From a virus (taxonomy: Duplodnaviria; Caudoviricetes): 39,185 nt of DNA. A program made the position numbers and the translations under genes. Within the stretch, counting starts at the first letter, position 1, and every line of letters begins with the position of its first letter. Under the pieces are notes generated by a model. The model made no database searches. It worked only from the letters and a program-made list of their open reading frames with translations, and was not told the DNA's origin. Below are positions 1-7,234 of this stretch, piece by piece. Where the stretch lies: IMG/VR virus record IMGVR_UViG_3300020045_012859, positions 1 through 39,185 of that record; one strand, written 5' to 3'.

Positions 1-223
1 TCTCCTGGGTCAATATCGAAGCTCCAGGTTGATTGATTTGAAGATAGTAAGTACTTTTATTATCTTTTGTAATTTTGTCAATTTTGAATCTCCCAGAGCG
101 TCCAGAGCTTATGATTTCGTCTGTAAACTTATCAGTGGAAGTTGTAATTGATTCGCAAGGATTCTGCGCAATAGCCGAGCACGATGCTACAAAGGCTAAA
201 AAAATTGTGATTGCTTTTTTCAT
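1..223 (-). CDS. Exported protein with Sec signal peptide, truncated by the left window edge
   Basis: Not in the ORF track. ATG at 223 gives MKKAITIFLAFVASCSAIAQNPCESITTSTDKFTD..., open to base 1. Basic N-terminus, hydrophobic core and A-x-A/Q cleavage site. Confidence 0.7.
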   Translation of the reverse strand, partial: MKKAITIFLAFVASCSAIAQNPCESITTSTDKFTDEIISSGRSGRFKIDKITKDNKSTYYLQINQPGASILTQE

Positions 224-483
224 AATATATAAATTTCTGTTTCAGTTAAATCTTTACTTCTTATAACACGTAAACCAAACATAAATAAGGTATCTTTTAC
301 GGGTGATTCTTCTTGCGTTTTTCTAGGCCTTAGAACTTCCATTTCGTTAATATAAGTTACCATAGCTTCTACAACGCTTTCATTCAATAGTACTTTAGTA
401 GCAGCTCTAAAATGTTCATTAGAATAGATTGCTAATTGTATTTGAATTTCTTCTAGCGTTTTGTTAAATTTCAGGCTGTCCAT
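220..483 (-). CDS. Hypothetical phage protein
   Basis: 87-aa ORF overlapping both neighbours in the minus-strand operon. Confidence 0.6.
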   Translation of the reverse strand: MDSLKFNKTLEEIQIQLAIYSNEHFRAATKVLLNESVVEAMVTYINEMEVLRPRKTQEESPVKDTLFMFGLRVIRSKDLTETEIYIL

Positions 484-898
484 CTTCTATATTAAAATTT
501 CGTTTATACATTCTATTACAAACTTCTATTTTATGTTCTAGTTCAGTTTGTGTTTTTAAGTGTCTATTTAAAGTAGGTGAAATATTTAAAAGTAATCTAG
601 CTGAAGCTGTTCCTATGTGTGTAGCTTTTTTTAAAGTATTAAGAAAAGCGTTCACTTCAGCTAAGGTGTAAGCAGAAACAAACTCTACTTCCGTAAGACG
701 TTTACGCCCAGCAATTCTAGTAATATGCTTTTCATGACATGTAACTAAATGCTGACCATCTTCAATGTCTAAGCCTGTTGGTCCTCTCCAATAATTCACA
801 TAGTAAAATAAGCTTACTTGTATTAAGCCTAGTGCCTTGAACCTTTTAGCAGTTTCAATATCAATTATTTGATTCTTTAAATGTGTATCTAATTCCAT
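464..898 (-). CDS. Hypothetical phage protein
   Basis: 144 aa, TAATG coupling to the exonuclease gene. Confidence 0.65.
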   Translation of the reverse strand: MELDTHLKNQIIDIETAKRFKALGLIQVSLFYYVNYWRGPTGLDIEDGQHLVTCHEKHITRIAGRKRLTEVEFVSAYTLAEVNAFLNTLKKATHIGTASARLLLNISPTLNRHLKTQTELEHKIEVCNRMYKRNFNIEDGQPEI

Positions 899-1485
899 TA
901 CATTTCAATTTCTAAACCTGTTATTATTCTATAAATTTCTCTTGTCAAATACACGTCATAAACTCCATCGTGTAATTTGTCTTCTTCAACTACTAAGCCT
1001 AATTCTTTCGCTACACTTTTTAGTTTAAAGGCTTTCATATTATGGCGTCTAGGTATTAAGTACTCTGCGGCTAATACTTGCACGTCTAAAGATTCAGTAT
1101 AAAACCAAGACCCAAAAAATGAATCTCCATTTTGTTCAAACCAAGCTCTGAAGAATAAGTCATCAAACTTTCTATTATTGTAGCCTGTTAGATACATTTT
1201 ATGTATAGGGTCATATCTGTCAACATACTTACCTAAAAGCTTTATAATCTTTTTATAGACTACTTCCATTGCTGGGTAGGCCTTAATTTCTTCTTCAGTA
1301 ACGTTACCAACTTTCAAAGCGTCTTCTTCAATTTTTGCTTTAGGATTTGGTGCTACTTTAAAATCAAACTCTTCTGCTACAATTCCGTCAACTTCGATAA
1401 AGCCTGCAATCTGGTGGATAGAATTCTGTTTGTGGTTTACGCCTGTGGTTTCTAGGTCATAAAAGAATTTTATAATTGGCTTCAT
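898..1485 (-). CDS. DEDDh 3'-5' exonuclease (DnaQ/epsilon-like)
   Basis: ExoI YDLETTG, ExoII GYNNRKFD, ExoIII HDGVYD. Confidence 0.9.
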   Translation of the reverse strand: MKPIIKFFYDLETTGVNHKQNSIHQIAGFIEVDGIVAEEFDFKVAPNPKAKIEEDALKVGNVTEEEIKAYPAMEVVYKKIIKLLGKYVDRYDPIHKMYLTGYNNRKFDDLFFRAWFEQNGDSFFGSWFYTESLDVQVLAAEYLIPRRHNMKAFKLKSVAKELGLVVEEDKLHDGVYDVYLTREIYRIITGLEIEM

Positions 1486-1897
1486 GGCGTTTCGATTCCT
1501 AGAGCATTTAACTCTGCATTTACTTTATTATACTCGCGTACTTTCAACTTGTACAAGTAACCAACAGCGCTGCTTCTGAGCCTTCAACACGAATATTTGG
1601 AAGACTACTTTTTAAAGTAGTAACTTCAATTGTGCCTGACACCATATCTGTTACTCTTTTAAGCATATTGTCATTGAAACTAAACATACTAGGTGGTCGG
1701 TAGTCAAAAGGCTTATTTTCTAAACTTGTCTCATTAGAGCTTGTTTCTGGTGGTATTTCTTTAAGAGATATATCAAATATCAACTCTGAATTAAAAGCCT
1801 CCTCAACTTGAGATTTTAATCGAATTACTTCGACTTTTAACTTTGAACTCTTTAGAGCTAAGTTCTTTGCTTTCAATAAATCTGGAATTGTCATCAT
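1482..1897 (-). pseudogene. Hypothetical protein with an apparent 1-bp deletion frameshift near 1561
   Basis: The called ORF stops at 1544. The -1 frame continues GYLYKLKVREYNKVNAELNALGIETP* and ends in an ATGA overlap with the exonuclease start. Adding one G (TTG GT to TTG GGT) restores a 138-aa ORF. Confidence 0.55.
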
Positions 1898-1901
1898 AAC
1901 T

Positions 1902-2144
1902 TTATATTTTTAAAAGGTCTCTAGTGTTACACAATTGACTTGCTAAGTCGTTCTCACCTAAATAACGCAAGTGTTTAATTTTAGCTATTAGGTTTAATCT
2001 AGCTTGTATAATTGATTCTTGTAGTTTAGTATTATAATCAATCAAATAACAAGCGTCGCCTGTTTCATTATAGTATTGAAGCGCGTCTACAAATGATGGT
2101 GTGTCTTCCCATCTATTTGGGTCTAAGGTTGGGTCTAAAGCCAT
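1902..2144 (-). CDS. Hypothetical phage protein
   Basis: The ATG at 2144 directly follows the upstream stop and is a likelier start than 2180. Confidence 0.6.
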   Translation of the reverse strand: MALDPTLDPNRWEDTPSFVDALQYYNETGDACYLIDYNTKLQESIIQARLNLIAKIKHLRYLGENDLASQLCNTRDLLKI

Positions 2145-2145
2145 A

Positions 2146-2361
2146 TTATTGTTTAAAAGGTTTAATAGTAGTTTTAACATAAAAGAGATGCTTTGTAAAG
2201 CGAGGCTTCGTTTTATCTCTTGAAAATTTTATAATACATTCTCTATCTACTACGACATAAAATGAAATTGTATTATATCGCTTATTGTAGTAACATTTTA
2301 TTTTAGCGTTTGGAATTATAAACCAATACCAAATTGAGTGAAAGAAACAATTAGACATCAT
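2146..2361 (-). CDS. Hypothetical phage protein
   Basis: 71-aa ORF tightly packed in the operon. Confidence 0.5.
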   Translation of the reverse strand: MMSNCFFHSIWYWFIIPNAKIKCYYNKRYNTISFYVVVDRECIIKFSRDKTKPRFTKHLFYVKTTIKPFKQ

Positions 2362-2363
2362 CT

Positions 2364-2564
2364 TTAAAAGCCTCCAACATTAAAAGTATTATAAAAATGC
2401 ATGTCGTTTAAAATAACTTTTATTTCTAAAGTTTCTGCATAAGCTTTCTTAGCTTCTTCAAAAAACAAGCGTAAGAATGCAAATTCTATTTCACTAAGTT
2501 CGTTTAACTTTTTCTTATTGACTAGCCAGCGGCCATTTATCAATTCAACTTTAATACCTTCCAT
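2364..2564 (-). CDS. Hypothetical phage protein
   Basis: 66-aa ORF tightly packed in the operon. Confidence 0.6.
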   Translation of the reverse strand: MEGIKVELINGRWLVNKKKLNELSEIEFAFLRLFFEEAKKAYAETLEIKVILNDMHFYNTFNVGGF

Positions 2565-2739
2565 TATATTTTTGGATTTTAGCTATTTCTTTTTTAAATA
2601 CTAAAATAGCGTGTTGCTGCATTTCTTTCAACTCTGCTTTTATACCTTCTCTTTCTCTGGGACTTAGCTTGTCCAACATTCCCCAGTTTAAAAATTTAAG
2701 CATTATAGCTTCTACATTTGTGTTAAGTACATCTTGCAT
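2551..2739 (-). CDS. Hypothetical phage protein
   Basis: 62-aa ORF, first gene behind the 2766-2828 promoter repeat. Confidence 0.6.
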   Translation of the reverse strand: MQDVLNTNVEAIMLKFLNWGMLDKLSPREREGIKAELKEMQQHAILVFKKEIAKIQKYNGRY

Positions 2740-2765
2740 AATTTCTAGTTGTTAATTATTGATAT

Positions 2766-2828
2766 GTAAAGATAGACAACTTTTTGAAACTAAAAAACTT
2801 TTTTGCAATTATTTTGAAACTTTTTTTC
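2766..2828 (-). promoter_or_regulatory. Repeated early promoter, copy 1
   Basis: Plus strand AAAGATAGACAACTTTTTGAAACTAAAAAACTTTTTT. Minus strand ends TATCTTTAC, near the Bacteroidota -7 consensus TAnnTTTG. Confidence 0.75.
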
Positions 2829-2832
2829 ATTA

Positions 2833-2864
2833 AAATAAAAAAGCCCTTTAAACAAAGGGCTTTT
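2833..2864 (-). terminator. Rho-independent terminator
   Basis: AAAAGCCCTTT-AAAC-AAAGGGCTTTT hairpin followed by TTATTTT on the minus strand. Confidence 0.8.
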
Positions 2865-2876
2865 AGCTTTATATTT

Positions 2877-3117
2877 TTAACTTGCAATATAATGCAGAAT
2901 AGGTCGTTTGCCTATAAATCGTTGTAACAAACTTTTATACTTGACAAAAATTCCTAAGCCTCTACTTCTATCAAAGCCTATTTGATTTACAACTACTGCA
3001 GTCTTACCTGAATTATTGTGTAGACGTTCTCTAGCGCGTCTAGTTTTTCTATTAGGACCTTCATTTAAAAAAGGTGTTTCCTTGGTTATTTTAAAACCTG
3101 ATTTTTTTTGTATACAT
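2877..3117 (-). pseudogene. Small basic protein (79 aa) interrupted at an A8 tract
   Basis: ATG at 3117 hits a stop after 8 codons. Removing one A from A8 (3102-3109) gives MYTKKSGFKITKETPFLNEGPNRKTRRARER...HYIAS*, which ends just before the terminator. Confidence 0.55.
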
Positions 3118-3121
3118 AATA

Positions 3122-3766
3122 TTATACGTTTAAATTAAAACTGATTTTCTCACCGTCTAAAAGCTTAGCAGTGTTTTCAAGATTGTTGTCGTAGATATGA
3201 ACATTACCAAAAGTAACTGCGATAGATTGCAACGGCGCATTTATCATTTTAGCAATTAAGTAAAAATGATACAAGTCAGAAGGCAATCCTAAATTTGCGT
3301 CTGAGCTTCTAATGTAGACAGACATTCTCAATTTACCTTCGATGATTTGAAACTGCATTAAGCTTACACAAGGCAATTGAGGAGTCTCTACGCCTGTCTC
3401 ACCTAAAAACAATACGTAGTTTTTAGAAGGTCTTAACTCAGCATTGATTTGCTCAAGAAGTTTTGGAAGCTTAGCAAAGTACTTAGGATATGAGTTGTAT
3501 AGTTTAGGGCTGCAGTAGTCCCACCATTTAACATCAATTTTATTATAAGCCTCAGTCTCCTCAACACCTCTCATAAACAAGCCTAACTCATTTCGAAGTT
3601 TAGCTTTAGCAATTGGGTGTTGGTCAAAGATTTCTTCAAGCTCAACTGTTGTGAAAACTTTATGAATGTCAGTGATATATTTTATACCTCCTTTTTTATT
3701 TGTTTGTACGTCACCAAATTCTAGTATGTCTTTTAACATACTATAGTATCTATTTTTTTGTCCCAT
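3122..3766 (-). CDS. thyA: Thymidylate synthase-superfamily protein (short, atypical; Asp at the ThyA Asn177 position)
   Basis: Catalytic PC, QF, RSSD, LGLPSD and HIY motifs align with ThyA PCH..QF..RSCD.FLGLPFN..HLY. Confidence 0.85.
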   Translation of the reverse strand: MGQKNRYYSMLKDILEFGDVQTNKKGGIKYITDIHKVFTTVELEEIFDQHPIAKAKLRNELGLFMRGVEETEAYNKIDVKWWDYCSPKLYNSYPKYFAKLPKLLEQINAELRPSKNYVLFLGETGVETPQLPCVSLMQFQIIEGKLRMSVYIRSSDANLGLPSDLYHFYLIAKMINAPLQSIAVTFGNVHIYDNNLENTAKLLDGEKISFNLNV

Positions 3767-3780
3767 AAGATTTAAAATTA

Positions 3781-3806
3781 AAAGGCGCTTAGAAATAAGC
3801 GCCTTT
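3781..3806 (-). terminator. Stem-loop / probable terminator upstream of thyA
   Basis: Perfect 11-bp stem AAAGGCGCTTA-GAAA-TAAGCGCCTTT, followed by TAATTTT on the minus strand. Confidence 0.7.
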
Positions 3807-3812
3807 AGGTTT

Positions 3813-4628
3813 TTACTTTTTAGCGGCTTTAGGCGCTGCTACTTTTTCTACCTTTGGAGCTTTCTCAGCTTTAGGTGCTTTTTCTTTTATTTCCTTAGGA
3901 GCAACAGGTTCCGCTTTCTTTACGAAGGTTAAAGCTAAAGGCACTTTGTGGTATAGCTTTCCGTCTTCGTCTTTTAAACGAACTAAAACCATTGCTACAC
4001 GCTTGTCAACAATTACACCAATCATAACAGCTTCAACAGGCTTAGCATCTTTGTAAGGTACAAAAGAGTAAGTGTTTCCTTTATTAGGCTGCCATTCAGT
4101 TTTAACAATTTCAGCAGCTGCTAAAGCTTTGTCTAAGTTAGCTTGTTTCTCTTCGTCAGATAAAACTACTTTTTCAACTTTCTCTTTTACTACTTTTTCT
4201 TTTTTAACCTTTGGTGCTTTCTCAGCAGCTACTTTTTCAGCGCCTTCGTTTTTAGTAACTTTTGCAAGCTTTCCTTTGCCGTCAAACTTTAAGGTTTTTG
4301 GAGAATCTCCGCTTTCTTTAGTTTCAGCTGCTGGTTCTTCAGTTGGTAATTCTTCACCTTTATCTTCTAAGACTTTAGCAAATAATTCTTTTTGAACACC
4401 TAAAGCTTTTAAGTAAGCTTTCTTAATAGCATCCACTGTAAAAGTACTTACAAAGTCGTAGTCCATAATAATTAATTCTACTTTGTCGTCCATGAAGTCA
4501 TTCATGACTGCTTCAGTTACTCTAGCTTCAAAAGCTGCTTGAGTTTCTTTTTTGTTTGCAACTAATCTAGAGTTGTCTTCAAAGGCAGCTTCCATAGCTG
4601 TACCTAAAATAAAAATTTTAACTTTCAT
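3813..4628 (-). CDS. Lys/Ala/Glu/Pro-rich protein with a histone H1-like tail (putative DNA-binding)
   Basis: Repeats KAPKAEKAPKVEKVAAPKAAKK. Start moved to ATG 4628 because the TTG at 4658 lies inside the promoter -7 element. Confidence 0.7.
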   Translation of the reverse strand: MKVKIFILGTAMEAAFEDNSRLVANKKETQAAFEARVTEAVMNDFMDDKVELIIMDYDFVSTFTVDAIKKAYLKALGVQKELFAKVLEDKGEELPTEEPAAETKESGDSPKTLKFDGKGKLAKVTKNEGAEKVAAEKAPKVKKEKVVKEKVEKVVLSDEEKQANLDKALAAAEIVKTEWQPNKGNTYSFVPYKDAKPVEAVMIGVIVDKRVAMVLVRLKDEDGKLYHKVPLALTFVKKAEPVAPKEIKEKAPKAEKAPKVEKVAAPKAAKK

Positions 4629-4655
4629 GTTATAATGGTTTTTAATATTATTTTT

Positions 4656-4718
4656 CAAAGATAAACAACTTTTTGAAACTAAAAAATTTTTTACCTGCTT
4701 TTTTGAAACTTTTTTTCA
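4656..4718 (-). promoter_or_regulatory. Repeated early promoter, copy 2
   Basis: CAAAGATAAACAACTTTTTGAAACTAAAAAA. The minus strand has a perfect TATCTTTG (TAnnTTTG). Confidence 0.8.
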
Positions 4719-4719
4719 A

Positions 4720-5688
4720 TTACTTTTTAACAGCTTGGTTTTCAAGGTAATTATTTAAGCTGCCTGTATATGAGCAAAGGTCCAAAAGATTATCTTCTTT
4801 GTGGCTAAAGCGCTCACGTGATAACTTTGCTGCTATCATAGCTTTGTACATGTGCTCAGTATTAAGGTCTAAACCTGTAATAGCATTGAAAATATCTCGC
4901 ATGTTGTCCATGCTATCTTCAAACGGTCCATACTGACGCTCCTTCTCTTCTGACCTTTCATTAACAATTTGGTTTGCTCTATACAAGATGTTATCCTGTT
5001 TAAGTATAGTTCCTATATCGCCACAAGCTTTATTCCAACCTATGTCAAATTTATGATAATTCACATTTTCTTCAAAAGGTATTAATAAGTTCTCAACTTT
5101 TTCACCGGCTAGTAATCTCTTTTTTGCAGCAGCATAACCTTTAAGAAAATCTTCATGCCCGGAGGTATCAAAAGTTATTGTATGCTTATAAGCTTGCTCT
5201 TCTAATTTAGATGCTTTTAAACAAGCATCTGTCCAACCTGAATTAAAAGCTACATCTTTTCTGTGGTCGGACTTTATTTTTAAAACCTCTAAAGGTTTTT
5301 TACCTGACTCTATTATTTTAGTTGCTTCTTCATGTCCTCTAATGTAGTTGTTATCTTCTAAGTGAAGAGGTCTTTCACATAAAGCTTCTGTAATTTGAAC
5401 AGCTTCTACTCTTGGCGCTATGCTATTTAAAGCAATGTCAAAGAAATATGCGTCTAGACCTTCAGTTTTTGAAAGAGCTAATAATTTTGAAGCAGTCTCT
5501 GGATTTCTCTCTTGCTGCACAATAACAAAATTATCGTAGTTACAGCCTTTGTTTACTTCTAATAGTTCCATAGACAATTTGTCCGACCATTCTACTTCTA
5601 GCAACCAATTTAATTTATTAGCTATTGCGTTTGTAAAAGTACTTTTGCCACTTCCTTGCGGACCTGTTAAATAAATAAGTGTTTTCAT
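4720..5688 (-). CDS. Fusion: N-terminal P-loop domain, two internal helical repeats, C-terminal DUF6378-like domain
   Basis: Walker A GPQGSGKS. The C-terminus ANQIVNER...QYGP..DSM...MIAAKLSR...KEDNLLDLCSY matches the DUF6378 pattern as I recall it. Confidence 0.7.
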   Translation of the reverse strand: MKTLIYLTGPQGSGKSTFTNAIANKLNWLLEVEWSDKLSMELLEVNKGCNYDNFVIVQQERNPETASKLLALSKTEGLDAYFFDIALNSIAPRVEAVQITEALCERPLHLEDNNYIRGHEEATKIIESGKKPLEVLKIKSDHRKDVAFNSGWTDACLKASKLEEQAYKHTITFDTSGHEDFLKGYAAAKKRLLAGEKVENLLIPFEENVNYHKFDIGWNKACGDIGTILKQDNILYRANQIVNERSEEKERQYGPFEDSMDNMRDIFNAITGLDLNTEHMYKAMIAAKLSRERFSHKEDNLLDLCSYTGSLNNYLENQAVKK

Positions 5689-5698
5689 ATATTAAAAT

Positions 5699-5938
5699 TT
5701 AGTTATCTTCAAAACAATCATTACAATTTTCTTCGTCTTCTGATTGCTCAGAGACTTCACACCACCAACTGCATGTCTCACAGCAGAAAATTTCAGAATA
5801 GATTTGTTCTAGTTGGTCTGGATTTATGTCTTCTTCAACTATGTCCAATTGGTCACAGGCTTCACTTAAACTTAAGCAGGTGCCTAGTAAATAGCTTATC
5901 AAGTTTTGTAAAGCTACTTCAGTAATACTTTCCTTCAT
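5699..5938 (-). CDS. Small acidic Zn-finger protein
   Basis: CETC...CNDC pairs. Start placed at ATG 5938, after the upstream stop. Confidence 0.6.
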   Translation of the reverse strand: MKESITEVALQNLISYLLGTCLSLSEACDQLDIVEEDINPDQLEQIYSEIFCCETCSWWCEVSEQSEDEENCNDCFEDN

Positions 5939-5948
5939 ACTTTTATAT

Positions 5949-6344
5949 TTAAAATGGTAAATCGTCTTTTTCGTATTTAGTTGTTTTGTCTGTGTGTTGC
6001 TTAGCGCAGTTGTCTGACACACTCATTATCTGAATGTTGCTGCGACTATATCCTTTATTAGGATTCTTGCGGTCAATCGACATACACTTTCCAAAGCGGC
6101 CTTTCAATTCAATATAATTTGTCTCTTTACAAAAGTCTCTAAACTCTTCAAGTGACAAGACAAATTCTTTCTTACGTCGCCTGGCGTTGCTTTGTAAAAT
6201 ATAATACGTATAGGCGACTAGGTCTTTCTCTTTTGAATATCTTTTTCGATGCTTGGAACAAAATCTATCTCTGCTACCTTTATCGCTTTTACATCTATAA
6301 GCCTGACAAACGTGTTTTGGTTTAGTTAGTATTATCTTAAACAT
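5949..6344 (-). CDS. HNH-type endonuclease with an N-terminal Zn-binding motif
   Basis: SIDRKNPNKGYSRSNIQIMSVSDN fits the phage SIDR..GY...N beta-beta-alpha-Me motif. N-terminal CxxxxC...CxxH. Confidence 0.7.
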   Translation of the reverse strand: MFKIILTKPKHVCQAYRCKSDKGSRDRFCSKHRKRYSKEKDLVAYTYYILQSNARRRKKEFVLSLEEFRDFCKETNYIELKGRFGKCMSIDRKNPNKGYSRSNIQIMSVSDNCAKQHTDKTTKYEKDDLPF

Positions 6345-6436
6345 TGATTTTTGTATTGAAAATTTGATTTCTAAGGAGATATTTTGTATTTGATATAAAC
6401 TAATATCTCCTTAAATAAATGATTCTTTAGAGAGCT

Positions 6437-6847
6437 CTATTTTAATTGGTCTACTTTTACACCTAATTCACGCATAAGTATTATGCCAGCTATCTCAGAA
6501 TGTAATGTCTTAAACACTACTCTAGCAATTCCAGCTTGAACAATTAATTTAGCACAATCTTTACAAGGACTTAAAGTTGTGTAGAGTGTTGCGCCTTCTC
6601 CGCTTTGAGTTGAACGCGCTAACTTAGTTATAGCGTTAGACTCAGCGTGTAGAACAGTCCAAAGTGTTTCATTTGTTTTGCTATGTTCACAACAATTATT
6701 AAGTCCTTTAGGTTGTCCATTGTAACCATCTGAAATGATAGTTCTGTCTTTGACAATTAGGCAGCCAACTTGTTTACGCTTGGCGTATGAGCTAGTTGCC
6801 CACACTTCCGCCATTTGCATATAGATTTTATCTTGGTCTTGTCTCAT
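6437..6847 (-). CDS. dCMP deaminase
   Basis: GYNG, HAESNAI and SPCKDC zinc motifs. Confidence 0.92.
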   Translation of the reverse strand: MRQDQDKIYMQMAEVWATSSYAKRKQVGCLIVKDRTIISDGYNGQPKGLNNCCEHSKTNETLWTVLHAESNAITKLARSTQSGEGATLYTTLSPCKDCAKLIVQAGIARVVFKTLHSEIAGIILMRELGVKVDQLK

Positions 6848-6853
6848 GATTAA

Positions 6854-7156
6854 TTAGTCTTTAAGTTCAAATAAATTATATTTGTTAATTATAGCTTTAA
6901 AAATATTATCTTTTTTTAGCCAATCTTTAGCTTCTTCAAGCGTATAAAATTTAATTACAAGAGTTATATGTTTAAAGCCACATTTAGTTGTGGAATCTTC
7001 GACTGTTAATCTGACTTTAAAGTAGCTGTCTAAATAGCTTTTGCTCACAGTTCCTATTTGGTTACCGTTTAATTTTATATAGAAGCCTTGAGTAGCTGTA
7101 ACTCTAGAAAGACCTGTTTCTTTTTCAAAATTTTTAAAAGTGAATTTAGTTGCCAT
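6854..7156 (-). CDS. Hypothetical protein with its own promoter
   Basis: 100 aa, directly behind promoter copy 3. Confidence 0.65.
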   Translation of the reverse strand: MATKFTFKNFEKETGLSRVTATQGFYIKLNGNQIGTVSKSYLDSYFKVRLTVEDSTTKCGFKHITLVIKFYTLEEAKDWLKKDNIFKAIINKYNLFELKD

Positions 7157-7160
7157 AACA

Positions 7161-7234
7161 ATTTGTTTTTAATTACTCAGCTAAGATAGACAACTTTTTG
7201 AAACTAAAAAACTTTTTTGCCTTTTATTTTGAAA
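7161..7234 (-). promoter_or_regulatory. Repeated early promoter, copy 3
   Basis: About 55 bp nearly identical to the copy at 16929, including the leader TTTTAATTACTCAGCTAAGATAGACAAC. Confidence 0.75.
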
